Shown here: piece after piece, positions 1-9,924 of the stretch
Numbering within the stretch: position 1 is the stretch's first letter
How the letters are laid out: each line of letters starts with the position of its first letter
NCBI GenBank assembly: GCA_038231435.1
Contig: JBBRLJ010000008.1
Location: 32,001-96,000, forward strand
DNA from: Planctomycetota bacterium
GTDB taxonomy: Bacteria; Planctomycetota; UBA11346
Reading direction: 5' to 3'
Length of the DNA stretch: 64,000 bases
Translations under genes and position numbers: made by a program
The notes under the pieces: model-generated
What the model was told of the DNA's origin: nothing
The model's database searches: none
The model's input: the letters and a program-made list of their open reading frames with translations, nothing else

Positions 1-876
1 GAGCGTGCGCGCGACCTCCTTGATCACGTCGCTGCGCGGATCCGCGATGGTGTAGACCGGATGCCCGAAGCCGAGGATGACCTCCTTGGCGGCGACGCGC
101 TTGGCGATGTCGGCGCCAGCCTGGTCGGGATCCTGGTAGCGCGAGATCACCTCGAAGGCGGCCTCGTTGGCGCCGCCGTGCTTGAAGCCGCGCAGCGCGC
201 CGATCGCCCCGGCGATCGACGAATGCATGTCCGAGCCGGTGCCGGCGATCACCCGGGCGGTGAAGGTCGAGGCGTTGAATTCGTGCTCGGCGTAGAGGAT
301 CAGCGAGATGTGCATCGCCCGGACCCACGAGGCCGATGGCGCGCGGCCGTGGAGCAGGCGCAGGAAATGCCCGCCGATGGAGTCGTCGTCGGTCTCGACC
401 TCGATGCGTGTGCCCGAGCGCGCGAAGTGGTGCCAGTACAGGAGCGCCGAGCCGAGCGACGCGAGCAGGCGGTCGGCCAGGTCGCGCGCCGCGGCCGCGC
501 CATGCCCGGCGGCCTCGGGCTCGAGGCAGCCGAGCACCGAGACGGCCGTGCGCATCACGTCCATCGGGTGGCTCGCCGCCGGCAGGCGTTCGAGCACGGC
601 CTTGAGATCGCCCGGAAGCGTCCGCAGCCCGCGCAGCTTGCGCTGGTAGGACGTCAGCTCGCCAGCGGTCGGCAGGGTTCCGTGGATCAGCAGGTGGGCG
701 ACTTCCTCGAACTGGCAGCCGGTGGCGAGATCGTGGATGTCGTAGCCGCGGTAGCGGAGGTCGTTGCCGGTGCGGCCGACGGTGCACAGCGCGGTGCTGC
801 CAGCCGGCACGCCCGATAGCGCGACCGATTTCTTCGGCTTGAACGCGGGCGGTGGAATGGGGGCGTCGAGAGCCAT
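1..876 (-). CDS. prpC: 2-methylcitrate synthase (3' end runs off the window)
   Basis: Not in the ORF track because it has no stop in the window. Manual translation from ATG 876 gives [47 protein letters not shown]...LILYAEHEFNASTFTARV...KHGGANE...GFGHPVY (citrate synthase motifs, PrpC-type KPKKSVALSG). The start overlaps the prpB stop (TGATG). Confidence 0.93.
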   Translation of the reverse strand, partial: MALDAPIPPPAFKPKKSVALSGVPAGSTALCTVGRTGNDLRYRGYDIHDLATGCQFEEVAHLLIHGTLPTAGELTSYQRKLRGLRTLPGDLKAVLERLPAASHPMDVMRTAVSVLGCLEPEAAGHGAAAARDLADRLLASLGSALLYWHHFARSGTRIEVETDDDSIGGHFLRLLHGRAPSASWVRAMHISLILYAEHEFNASTFTARVIAGTGSDMHSSIAGAIGALRGFKHGGANEAAFEVISRYQDPDQAGADIAKRVAAKEVILGFGHPVYTIADPRSDVIKEVARTL

Positions 877-1865
877 CAGGTCGGCTTCGTGTTCGTATGC
901 TTGGTCTTGGTGTTCTTCATGCTGATCGGCTTGGCGGTCGGCTTGGGAATCGACTTGGCCGCTGGAGTCTTCGTCCGCGCGTCCTGGGCGAACAGCTGGT
1001 CGAGCTTGCGCTCGTAGGCGTGGTAATCGAGGAAGCGGTAAAGCTCGTCGCGGCTCTGCATGGTAGCGAGCACGCTCGCCTGGGTGCCTTCGGCGTGGAT
1101 GGCCTCATAGACCTTCAGCGCCGCGGCGTTCATCGCGCGGTACGCGGCGCAGCAGAACAGCACGATGTCGACCCCTGCCTTCGCCAGCTCCGCCACCGAG
1201 AACAGCGGCGTGCGACCGAACTCGGTGATGTTGGCGAGGATCGGCACGCCGACTGCGCGCTTGAACGCGGTGTAGTCCGCGAGCGTGGTCACCGCCTCGG
1301 CGAAGATCATGTCCGCGCCGGCCGCCACGTAGGCGCGCGCGCGCGCGATGGCCTCGTCGAGACCCTCGCTCGCGAGCGCGTCGGTGCGGGCCATGATCAC
1401 GAAATCGTCGTCGAGCCGCGCATCCACCGCCGCCTTGATGCGGTCGCACATCTCGTCGGAGCCGACCAGCTCCTTGCCTGGCCGATGCCCGCAACGCTTG
1501 GCGCCGACCTGGTCCTCGAGGTGTACCGCGGCCGCTCCGGCCTTGGCCATGGAGCGGATGGTGCGCGCGATCGGGAACGCACCGCCCCAGCCGGTGTCGA
1601 TGTCAACCAGCACTGGCAGGGCGGAGGCATCGGTTATGCGCCGGACGTCGATGAGCACGTCGTCCATGGTGCTGATGCCGAGATCAGGTAGGCCAAGCGA
1701 ATTCGCCGCCACGCCGCCACCCGAGACGTACAGCGCCTTGAACCCGGTCGTCTCGGCCATGCGCGCCGCGTAGGCATTGATGGCGCCCACCACCCGCAAC
1801 GGCCGCTCCGCGCGTACCGCCGCGCGGAAGCGGGCCCCCGGTGAAGTCGCGGTCTGTCTCGCCAT
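876..1865 (-). CDS. prpB: 2-methylisocitrate lyase
   Basis: KRCGH catalytic loop, [17 protein letters not shown]. Likely start [10 protein letters not shown] at 1865. Directly upstream of prpC. Confidence 0.95.
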   Translation of the reverse strand: MARQTATSPGARFRAAVRAERPLRVVGAINAYAARMAETTGFKALYVSGGGVAANSLGLPDLGISTMDDVLIDVRRITDASALPVLVDIDTGWGGAFPIARTIRSMAKAGAAAVHLEDQVGAKRCGHRPGKELVGSDEMCDRIKAAVDARLDDDFVIMARTDALASEGLDEAIARARAYVAAGADMIFAEAVTTLADYTAFKRAVGVPILANITEFGRTPLFSVAELAKAGVDIVLFCCAAYRAMNAAALKVYEAIHAEGTQASVLATMQSRDELYRFLDYHAYERKLDQLFAQDARTKTPAAKSIPKPTAKPISMKNTKTKHTNTKPT

Positions 1866-2096
1866 GTGCGCCCCCCGTCCTGCGCACACCGTCGCCGAAC
1901 GCCCGCGCTCTGCAACCCTCGAGCGCGGCTGGCCGGAGAGGGTCGGTGGCGAATGGCCAGGGTTCGACATACCACCCGCCAACGTGGAGCATGCCCTCGA
2001 GATGGCTAGAAGCCCATCGTGGCTCCAGCCAGGTGCTGTTTTTCAGCAGCCAGCCACGCCTCTCCGCACCTGTCGCTCGCTGTCTTTCATCATTCG

Positions 2097-2124
2097 TCTT
2101 CGGTCTTCGGTCTTCGGTCTTCGG
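2097..2124 (+). repeat. Heptamer tandem repeat (TCTTCGG)x4
   Basis: Four exact copies, intergenic, just downstream of the 2139 gene stop. Confidence 0.9.
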
Positions 2125-2138
2125 TATTCCCCTCTCCG

Positions 2139-3770
2139 CTATTTCCCAAACCCGATCGCGTCCACCACCAGATCGAAATTCAACGGATTCGGATAATCCT
2201 CAGCCTTGAACGAGATATAGCACAACTTCTTGGGATCGAATCCGGTGGCCGCGAACGCGCTGAGCGGGATCTGGACCTCGTGCCATTCTCCATCGAGCAG
2301 CTTGGGGCAATAGGTCATCAGCTCCACATCGGCGCTGGCGCTCTTGCCGACGCTCGCCGAGTCCTGGCTGTGCAGGATGACCTGCGCCTTGGTGGGCTTC
2401 GCGGCGCCGGTTATCTTGATCGAGGCAAGGAAGGTGGAGCACGCGCTCGCGTCGGTGATCTCTGCGTCCGCGTGGGTCGGCGAGGCGAACCAGTACCAAC
2501 CGCAGTTGGCGTAGGCCGCCTTCATGGCGACGTGCCAGAGGATCGCGGACTTGCCCTGGCGAACATCGGTCGATTGCACGGTGACGCTGGCATCGGCGTT
2601 GGTCCAGATGCCGTTGATGCCGGCATGTCCCTCGCCGTCCCAGGCGACGATGTCGCGCGGGACCAGCTGATGGATCAGGCGGCCGAGATCGTCGGGCACG
2701 TCCAGTCGCATGATGGTCTCGCGCGCATAGGCGGCACTCGAGCGCCAGGCGAAGAAGCAGTGGCCAGGCGCGTCGTAGACGACGCCCTGCGGCTGGAAGG
2801 GAAGCTTCGGACCTACCGCGTCCCAGCTGTCGCCGCCATCGCTGGTGATCAGCAGCTGGCGATCGCCGAGCGCGGCGAGCAGACGCTTCGGCAATTCGAT
2901 GGGACAGGTCTTCACGCTCGCTGGCAGGCTAGCCCACGAGGATCCTCGGGAGTTGCCGCGCAGCACGGATTCTCCATCGCTGGCCGGCCAGTAGATGGCG
3001 CCGCTCGACGCCACCAACGCCGGTCCCGTGCCGGCGACCTCGCCGACCCGGCTCCAGGATTTGCCGGCGTCCTCGCTGCGCCAGATGCCGACGTCCTTAT
3101 CCTTGGCTTTTTTTGAGGTCTTGTCGAACGACGGCGCGCTCACCAGCCAGGTCTTGGCGTCGACGATAGCCACCTGGCTGGTGTAGCCCATGGTTGGAGG
3201 GAGCTTGCCAACCTTCGAGAAGAACATGCCGCCGTTGGTCGAAACCTCGATGTCGCGCTCGCGCTCGTGGGTGCCGAGCAGCACCAGCGCGTGCTTGACA
3301 TCGGTCTGATCGACGGCGATGGAATCCAGTCCGTCGACGTTGCCAAGGCCCTTGAAAGTTTTGCCGCCGTCGGCGGTGGTGAACAGGCCGGGGCTGCCGA
3401 GCGAGTTCGCGACCCACCAGGAATCGGCATCGCTGGCGGCGATGACGATCTGGATGGGACGGAACTTCGCGTCGGCGATCGACCCCAGCTTCGCCCAACT
3501 CGTGCCGCGATTGGTGGAGCCGTACAGGCCCTTGCCGCAGACCCCGGCCACGACTTGGTCCACGCCGGGGACGACCGCCATCGCGGTCACGCCATCGGCG
3601 CTCCACGCGTCCCCCGCGAGATCGTTGGTCGCGTCCATCCACGCCAGGATGGGCCGCGTGCCCTGATCTGATGGTGGTTTGGCGGCGTCTTCGGCCCCGG
3701 CGGCGGCTCCGCATGGCGCGAGCTGCACGAAGAGGAGCAAGGAGAGCTGCGGAGCGAGCGTGCGGATCAT
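2139..3770 (-). CDS. Secreted BNR/Asp-box beta-propeller protein with C-terminal CBM-like (galactose-binding-like) domain
   Basis: Signal peptide MIRTLAPQLSLLLFVQL; several S/TxDxGxxW/F Asp boxes (STNRGTSW, TADGGKTF, SEDAGKSW, TSDGGDSW); C-terminal GEWHEVQIPLSAF motif typical of CBM11/CIA30-like domains. Confidence 0.7.
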   Translation of the reverse strand: MIRTLAPQLSLLLFVQLAPCGAAAGAEDAAKPPSDQGTRPILAWMDATNDLAGDAWSADGVTAMAVVPGVDQVVAGVCGKGLYGSTNRGTSWAKLGSIADAKFRPIQIVIAASDADSWWVANSLGSPGLFTTADGGKTFKGLGNVDGLDSIAVDQTDVKHALVLLGTHERERDIEVSTNGGMFFSKVGKLPPTMGYTSQVAIVDAKTWLVSAPSFDKTSKKAKDKDVGIWRSEDAGKSWSRVGEVAGTGPALVASSGAIYWPASDGESVLRGNSRGSSWASLPASVKTCPIELPKRLLAALGDRQLLITSDGGDSWDAVGPKLPFQPQGVVYDAPGHCFFAWRSSAAYARETIMRLDVPDDLGRLIHQLVPRDIVAWDGEGHAGINGIWTNADASVTVQSTDVRQGKSAILWHVAMKAAYANCGWYWFASPTHADAEITDASACSTFLASIKITGAAKPTKAQVILHSQDSASVGKSASADVELMTYCPKLLDGEWHEVQIPLSAFAATGFDPKKLCYISFKAEDYPNPLNFDLVVDAIGFGK

Positions 3771-3834
3771 GGCGCGGATTCCTTGGGTGCTGAAGCGGGT
3801 CTGGAAGGGTGAAGTCGGATGGCGCAGGCGGTGT

Positions 3835-4305
3835 TCATTTCGCATCGGCCTTGTCCGCCGCGTCCGCCGCAGCGTCGGGACGGCAGAGTGGCACCATGCC
3901 TCCGGGCACGCCGAGGTAGAGGCGCTCGTGGTCGCCCGTGTGCTCGATCTGGAAGATCATACCGGACTTGCCCGACCCCTCGGGGAACATGATCCGGTAA
4001 GCGTCCGGGGGGCGCCGCTCCATCGTGCACGCGAGCGCTTCGCCGGGTGAACTCCGCGTACCGATCGCGATGCTGTCGGCGGTGAATTCGTAGAGCGCAT
4101 CGGCGTACTGCTGCGCGACGGGATCGGTCGCCCCTGCCCGCCGAGGGACGAGTTCGTGGTACCTTGCGGCGTCGAAGACCCATGCGCCGCGGATGGCCTT
4201 GACGCTCGGCGCCTTCGCGCCGAACGACGCCGAGACGATCCATGCCAGCACCACGCTGGCGGCGACGACTCCCAGGATGGTACGGATCGAGGTTTTTCCG
4301 CTCAC
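3835..4305 (-). CDS. Hypothetical N-terminally anchored or secreted protein (small beta-barrel-like)
   Basis: Hydrophobic N-terminal helix followed by IRGAWVFD; GTG start overlaps the upstream stop. Confidence 0.6.
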   Translation of the reverse strand: MSGKTSIRTILGVVAASVVLAWIVSASFGAKAPSVKAIRGAWVFDAARYHELVPRRAGATDPVAQQYADALYEFTADSIAIGTRSSPGEALACTMERRPPDAYRIMFPEGSGKSGMIFQIEHTGDHERLYLGVPGGMVPLCRPDAAADAADKADAK

Positions 4306-6998
4306 GGCTTGGCACTCCCCGCCGCGGGAGTCGTCAGGGCGGCGACGCCGGTAGCGGGGAGCGCCACCCGCAAGCCCATGTAGATGTAGCCGGGGTAGCC
4401 GGAATTGTTGAACTCGCGGTCGGTGACGCGTTGGGAGTGGTTGTAGTAGCCCCAGGAACCGCCGCGGATCGCGCGGTGATGGCTGGGCCCGTCATATGTG
4501 AGGTTCTCGGGCGTCGTGAGCGCATAGGTGTCAGTGCACCATTCGGCCACATTGCCGGCGAGGTCTGCCACGCCGTCGCGGCTGTCGCCGGCGGGGAACG
4601 ATCCGACCACGGTGACGCCTTCCTCGGAAGAGCTGCGCAGGCATGTCGGGATCGCGAGCGTCCCGCCCAGGTCGAAGTTGCCGTGCACGCCCGGGATCGG
4701 CTTGGCATCGCCCCACGGATAGCGGCGGTTCTCGCCGCGCCCAGAGGCGACGTATTCCCATTCGGCCTCGGTGGGCAGGTGGAAACCATTCGCCGTCTGA
4801 TCGATGGCCCAGGTCGTCTCGTCGTATGCGGGCTTCAGTCCGCGCGCGGTCGAGAGCCAGTTGCAGTAGCGCGCCGCCTCGGCCCACGAGACGTAGATCA
4901 CCGGTTCGCGATCCCGCCAAGAGAAGCCGTCGCGCCAATGCCGGTGCGCGGGTGAGTAGCGTTCGAACTCCTCGTTGGTCACCTCGTAGCGGCCGATGGC
5001 GAATGCCGGCATGGAGAGCGGGCGAGGCGGCGCTTCATCGGGTGCTTCGCCGCGCGGGGCACGGGTGAAGGATCCCGCTGGGATGTCGACCAGGTCCGGC
5101 CAGGGCGTAGGCGCTGAACCGGCGCCTGGCGGCACAATGCGCACCACTTCGATCGCACTGATGGTCACGCCGCCGAGATCGTCCCAGCCTGGAGAAACGG
5201 CGCCATTCTTGCCGGTCTTGCCGAGCTTGACGCAGCTCACGGACAACTCCTTGGCGCCTGCGAAGATCGTGATGAATTTCGAGACCGTCGCGGTGGCGGT
5301 GCCGGTGGGAGGAAGGAACCACGGCACGGCATCGGCGAAGCGTTCGTTGACCGCGAGGCCGGCGGCGGGGCCGCCATCGATGCGCATGGTCAGCCTCGCG
5401 TCGGCCTGTCCTGGATTCGCCCCCGATTTCGTTCCTGGATAGGAGTACGTGATGCGGAGCGCACACGCCCCGGTGAAACCGGTGGGCAGCGTGAACGCCG
5501 CTGCCGCGTCCGGCATGTCGGGTATGGTCAGCACGCCGGCCGCCAGGGTCGCACCATGCTGCGCTCGCGCCTCGCCCATCGGCAGGAGCGCGCCCTTCCC
5601 AGCCACGGCTCCCGATATCCAGGTGCGGAAGGCCAAGCGTTCACCCTTGACGCTGTTGTCTGGAGTGGCTTCGCCGATGATCGACTTGTTCCCGGTTACG
5701 ACCAGCACCTCGGCACCATCGCGTTCGATGCGCACTGCCGGCACGCCGGGCCGCATCGCCACGGCCTGGCTGGAGACGCCCGCGGGCGCGGCGAAGCGCT
5801 TGGCCTCGCCGCCGATCGTGACCGTGACCTGGGCGGCGCGCGAGAGGAAGCTGGTGACATAGACCTGGTCGGCGACGTCGTCGTGGATCTGCTCGTAGGG
5901 CCACGCGCAATCCCTGACGTCGACCCACGATCCCGCTTCCTCGTCCCACACCCGGGTCTGGTCTCGGCTTCGCGTGCGGTAGGCGAGATAGACCTTGTCC
6001 TGCGGGATGGCCGGCTTGACGCCACTCTTGAACCAGTCGGCGTAATAGCGGGTGGCGTCGAGCGCCGCTTCGTCGCGGTCGAAGTGCGAGGCCGGTCCCT
6101 GCCAGCGGAACGGCATGAGGTTGGAGTCCTCGACATAATCATTCCAGGTGACGATCTCGACCCCATCCGCGCCGTCGCGGATGATGCCCTCCCACATCGC
6201 GCAATAGCCGGAAAGGCCGCGGAAATCGCGGAGGTTCGGGCTGTTGTAGGCGGGGCATGCTCCAGCGAGGAAGAACTTCCCCAACATCATCGTCCCGCGC
6301 CTGCCGGCGGCGTTGTTGCGCACCAGATCGTTCACCGTCCCGTCGCACGCGAAGTTGAACAGGCCGTCGATGTGACCCGCTCCGGCGAGATCGCGAATCA
6401 CCGTCTCGAGGCTCCACGCCATCGCGTAGCGCGACTGATCGCTGGTCTTCGGAATGAGCAGGAAATCCAAGCCGTCCTTCTTGAGCGCCGCGGCCGGTGC
6501 GGCGTAATCGTCCGGAGATCCCGCGTATCCGGAGAGCACCGCCTTGCCACCAATGCGCCACAGATTCGGGTGGTCGTAGAACCGCTTGAGCATGTCCGTC
6601 ACCTGGACCAGGGGCGCCTTGTTGATTCCTTCACAGGCGAAGTCGGGCGAGAGCACCAGGCGGAATCCCGTGCCCAGTTCCTTGGCGGCCTGGAAGATCC
6701 TTTCGGCTGCTAGGACGTACTGGGTCTTCTCGCCGTCCTTCGCCAGCCAATCGCCGCAGTTGAGCGCGAAGCCGTCGATCCCATGGCTCTGTGCCAGCAG
6801 GATCTCGCGCTTGTAGAACTCCAGCGGGCTGGCGAAGCACACCATGTAATGGGCGAGCACCACCCGCTCGGTGCGCGTGCGCGCTGCGACAGCGGAGGTT
6901 TCCGCGGCCGCGTCGAGCGTGGCGGAGGTGGCGGCGGACATCACCACTCCGAGGGAGAGGGAGAGCAGGCAGGAGAGGGCGTTCGACGGCAGGTTCAT
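4302..6998 (-). CDS. GH71-like (endo-alpha-1,3-glucanase family) hydrolase fused to a C-terminal FGE-sulfatase/SUMF1 domain
   Basis: Start MNLPSNALS at 6998 (ATGA overlap); signal peptide; VLAHYMV, AQSHGIDGFALN and EIVTWNDYVE GH71 motifs; C-terminal EVTNEEF, LPTEAEWEY, GNVAEWC, RGGSW and GLRVA SUMF1 motifs. Confidence 0.8.
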   Translation of the reverse strand: MNLPSNALSCLLSLSLGVVMSAATSATLDAAAETSAVAARTRTERVVLAHYMVCFASPLEFYKREILLAQSHGIDGFALNCGDWLAKDGEKTQYVLAAERIFQAAKELGTGFRLVLSPDFACEGINKAPLVQVTDMLKRFYDHPNLWRIGGKAVLSGYAGSPDDYAAPAAALKKDGLDFLLIPKTSDQSRYAMAWSLETVIRDLAGAGHIDGLFNFACDGTVNDLVRNNAAGRRGTMMLGKFFLAGACPAYNSPNLRDFRGLSGYCAMWEGIIRDGADGVEIVTWNDYVEDSNLMPFRWQGPASHFDRDEAALDATRYYADWFKSGVKPAIPQDKVYLAYRTRSRDQTRVWDEEAGSWVDVRDCAWPYEQIHDDVADQVYVTSFLSRAAQVTVTIGGEAKRFAAPAGVSSQAVAMRPGVPAVRIERDGAEVLVVTGNKSIIGEATPDNSVKGERLAFRTWISGAVAGKGALLPMGEARAQHGATLAAGVLTIPDMPDAAAAFTLPTGFTGACALRITYSYPGTKSGANPGQADARLTMRIDGGPAAGLAVNERFADAVPWFLPPTGTATATVSKFITIFAGAKELSVSCVKLGKTGKNGAVSPGWDDLGGVTISAIEVVRIVPPGAGSAPTPWPDLVDIPAGSFTRAPRGEAPDEAPPRPLSMPAFAIGRYEVTNEEFERYSPAHRHWRDGFSWRDREPVIYVSWAEAARYCNWLSTARGLKPAYDETTWAIDQTANGFHLPTEAEWEYVASGRGENRRYPWGDAKPIPGVHGNFDLGGTLAIPTCLRSSSEEGVTVVGSFPAGDSRDGVADLAGNVAEWCTDTYALTTPENLTYDGPSHHRAIRGGSWGYYNHSQRVTDREFNNSGYPGYIYMGLRVALPATGVAALTTPAAGSAKP

Positions 6999-9283
6999 GG
7001 CGTGGTTCCGGATCCCGTGGCCGGGATGAGTTCGACGGTGAGCTTGGAGAGCCGCAGGGAGCCGAGCCCTTGCCCGGGGGCGCTGTCGGCCATCAGGATG
7101 ATCTGGTCGCCGACGGCGCATGGCACCGCGGGGGAATCGCAATCCACCGCGGGCTCGCCGCCCGGCAGGGTGCGTTCGACGAGCATGTGCCCCGCCGCGT
7201 CGCGGATGCCGAACCAGAGGGCATCCTTGGCGCTGGTCTCGACGCGCAGATGCATGCGCACCGATCCCGCGACCGGACTGGTCCAGGCCATGCCGATCAT
7301 GGCCTCGCGCCGCGGCCTGAGCTCGAACCACCACGGCGCGCCGTCCTGATCGCGATGCCAGCTCGTCCAGCCGTGGATCTCGTGATAGGTGTCGTCGTGG
7401 TAGGGGGACAGATGTGCCATGAGTCCGGTGTATGGCGTCTGGTGCGCCGACAGCTGGCAGGCGGAGAATGCGCCGGCGTGGTCCATCCGGCCATAGGGTC
7501 CGTGGCGGTAGAGGTAGCTCCACACCGCCTGGCCCTGGGAATCGACGTCGGGATTGAAGCTGCAATCGCGCTTCGCGACTTCGGCGATATCCCAGACGAA
7601 GCCGGGCGCGTAGACCGGGTCCTTGCGCGTGGGATCCTTGCGCTCGCGCAGCGATGTCAGGAGCGTGCGTCCGGCCTGCCACGGATCGCTGGCGGGATCG
7701 AGCTGCGTCATCGCCGTGGCATCCAGCCAGCTGTGGCTCCAATACATCTCGAACCAGTTCGGCAGGCCGTCGTGGTCGAGATCTGCATACTCGCTGTAGC
7801 GGATCGCCGGCACCCCGGGGAAATCCGCGGACCACTGTGCGTCGTGGTCGCTCGAGAACGCGCACAGCCCGTTGTCCTCGCGGAAGGGGACGTCGGTGAT
7901 GAGTTCGGGGGCATCGACGCGCGCCACGCGCTTACCCGCCCTGGTCACTTCCGCTGAGACCTCGCCAGGTGCGATGGGGAATGACTGCACGTGCAGGCCT
8001 CGGGGCGCCGTGTAGGTGGCGCCGCGGCTGCCGACGCTGACCTCGCCCGGCGCGCGGAGCAGGGTGATGACCTCGAGGGAGCCGGGATTGTCGCGCCTGG
8101 AATGGAAGGGGAAGGCGTGCGCGCCGGGCGGATACTTCCTATAGGCCACGATGACCAGGTCCTGTTCGGGCACTGGTTCGGTTCCGGTCTTCCACCAGCG
8201 CGCGTAGTGGGCGTTGATTTCTAGGATGCCATAGTTGCCGTCGAGGTTCGGTGCGAGGATGGTGTTCTCGCCGTAATCGTTCCAGGTCACGAACTGCATG
8301 AGCGTCGAGGTGCTCGCGATCGCCTGGCGCCAGCACTCCTGCAGTTTCCGCGTGCCCTCGGTGGGCTCCATGGATCCCAGCACGTTGTCATACTGGTACC
8401 ACATGGGCTGGCTCCACTCCGCGCCGGCGGCGATCGCCTGCGCGGCGACCAGATCGCCGCGGCCCCCGGGGAAGTCGCTGTCGAGGAATCCCCCCAGGGC
8501 GGAGAAATTCTTCGCCATGAACGCGACGTAATCGAGGAAGGGCGCGGGCGTCTGTGGCGCGCAGTGGTGCGCGTAGTGCGAGAGGCAGTAGTGGAAGTAT
8601 AGCGGCGTTCCCACGCGCCGCTCGACCTCGCGGTAAGCGTCGGCGGTCTTTCGCCATTTGTCCGGTCCCTCGGGCATCGCCTTCATCGCCTGGTCCTGGA
8701 GGATGGCGTACGACGAGTAGCCGAAGATGAGTGGCTTGCCCGCGCGGCGCGCGAGGTTCGGACTCTGGCCGTGCTTGGAGACCAGATACGACACGGCGTC
8801 GGCGACAGCGACGGTGTTGTCGCCGGGATGCTCGGCGTTCGCTGGCAGGCACGAGCAGTCGATGCAGATGGTTATGGAGAACGGCAGGTGGCCGGCCTCG
8901 GCGGCGGCGAACAGCGCGTCGAGCGTGGCCTTGGCCTGGAGGTCGCCTGCCCACGCATCGATGGCGAAGCCATCGACTCCGCCGCGGATGGCGCGACGGA
9001 TCTCGAGCTCGGCGCTCGCTACCGGACTCAGCTCGAGATCGTCGGGCATCAGCGGCCAGGCGTGGATCCGGCCGCCGAGCTGCGAGGCCTGATCGAGTGC
9101 ATCGTGGCGCAAGCCGCGCTGCTCCTTGCGCAGCGCTGGCAGCGCGCCGTACCCGATCGGGAAGCAGCCCATGTAGTGGGCGAAGAGCTGGCGGGGGAGC
9201 GGCTTCGTTCCCGTGGGGACGGCAGGGTCGGCTGCGGCGAGCGCGCACGCGCACAGCATGAGCAGGGCGGTCCTCAGATGCAT
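6995..9283 (-). CDS. GH71-like glycoside hydrolase with a Ca-binding DxDxDG repeat and an unknown C-terminal domain
   Basis: Start MHLRTALL at 9283 with an AAGGAGG RBS; LFAHYMG, GVDGFAIDAW, FVTWNDYGE; DLDHDGLPNWFE (TSP3-like). Confidence 0.78.
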   Translation of the reverse strand: MHLRTALLMLCACALAAADPAVPTGTKPLPRQLFAHYMGCFPIGYGALPALRKEQRGLRHDALDQASQLGGRIHAWPLMPDDLELSPVASAELEIRRAIRGGVDGFAIDAWAGDLQAKATLDALFAAAEAGHLPFSITICIDCSCLPANAEHPGDNTVAVADAVSYLVSKHGQSPNLARRAGKPLIFGYSSYAILQDQAMKAMPEGPDKWRKTADAYREVERRVGTPLYFHYCLSHYAHHCAPQTPAPFLDYVAFMAKNFSALGGFLDSDFPGGRGDLVAAQAIAAGAEWSQPMWYQYDNVLGSMEPTEGTRKLQECWRQAIASTSTLMQFVTWNDYGENTILAPNLDGNYGILEINAHYARWWKTGTEPVPEQDLVIVAYRKYPPGAHAFPFHSRRDNPGSLEVITLLRAPGEVSVGSRGATYTAPRGLHVQSFPIAPGEVSAEVTRAGKRVARVDAPELITDVPFREDNGLCAFSSDHDAQWSADFPGVPAIRYSEYADLDHDGLPNWFEMYWSHSWLDATAMTQLDPASDPWQAGRTLLTSLRERKDPTRKDPVYAPGFVWDIAEVAKRDCSFNPDVDSQGQAVWSYLYRHGPYGRMDHAGAFSACQLSAHQTPYTGLMAHLSPYHDDTYHEIHGWTSWHRDQDGAPWWFELRPRREAMIGMAWTSPVAGSVRMHLRVETSAKDALWFGIRDAAGHMLVERTLPGGEPAVDCDSPAVPCAVGDQIILMADSAPGQGLGSLRLSKLTVELIPATGSGTTP

Positions 9284-9294
9284 GGCGGCCTCCT

Positions 9295-9924
9295 TCACAT
9301 GTTCGTCCACGGCTGGAACATCGACGCGGGCCTGGCCTGGATCTGCGGGCTGGTGATCGCCTCGACGTGGCCGTCGAGGAACGACATCACCGTGCGACCG
9401 CGGTGCCAATACCCGAGCTCGAGGTAGGAATCCCAGGCCCACGCGCCATCGGCGCCGCCGAACACCGAGAGGCCACGGGTGCACGACCACATACCGATCT
9501 CGCTGGGATTCTTGAACGAGTTGTCGTGATATTGGACGGGGGCGCCGAAGAGGTAACCGAGCGCGTAATGGTAGCCGACGGTCAGGTCGAGCACCGGCGA
9601 GGTCGGCCTGATGTTCGAGCAGTTGCAGATGTCGCCGAAACGGCGCGCGCCACGCTCCCAGTACTCCAGCTTCTCCATGACCTGCGCCAGCGGCGCGCCC
9701 TGCGGATCCGGTGAAGGCAGCAGCCCTTCGTACTCGTGCACGTACACCAGGGTGGCGAGGGTGAGCTGCCGCTTGAGGTTCCTGCAGCTCGTCTCCATTG
9801 CCGCCGCGCGCACCATGGAGATCGCGGGCAGCAGCAGGCTGGCCAGGATGGCGATGATCGAGATCACCACCAGCAGCTCGATCAGGGTGAAGGCGCTCCG
9901 GTGGTCGATGATGCGACTGCTCAT
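9295..9924 (-). CDS. Prepilin-type N-terminal cleavage/methylation protein (DUF1559-like, H-X9-DG C-terminal motif)
   Basis: [30 protein letters not shown]....C.N and C-terminal [25 protein letters not shown] before ATG 9924. Confidence 0.9.
   Translation of the reverse strand: MSSRIIDHRSAFTLIELLVVISIIAILASLLLPAISMVRAAAMETSCRNLKRQLTLATLVYVHEYEGLLPSPDPQGAPLAQVMEKLEYWERGARRFGDICNCSNIRPTSPVLDLTVGYHYALGYLFGAPVQYHDNSFKNPSEIGMWSCTRGLSVFGGADGAWAWDSYLELGYWHRGRTVMSFLDGHVEAITSPQIQARPASMFQPWTNM

Noticed and set aside
61..819. 252-aa plus-strand ORF, representative of many long antisense ORFs (e.g. 10749-12356, 20290-22116, 37006-38631, 60278-61999)
   Set aside because: Shadows of well-supported genes on the opposite strand; no motifs; typical of high-GC DNA.
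4302..5100. SUMF1/CLec-fold domain as a diversity-generating retroelement target
   Set aside because: No reverse transcriptase and no template-repeat copy of the C-terminal region seen in the window.
6999..7865. N-terminal extension of the 1187-aa ORF (similarly the 979-aa, 681-aa, 744-aa and 487-aa ORFs)
   Set aside because: These extensions overlap neighbouring real genes in another frame or strand. Internal ATGs with an RBS or a stop/start overlap are better starts, so they are not true fusions.
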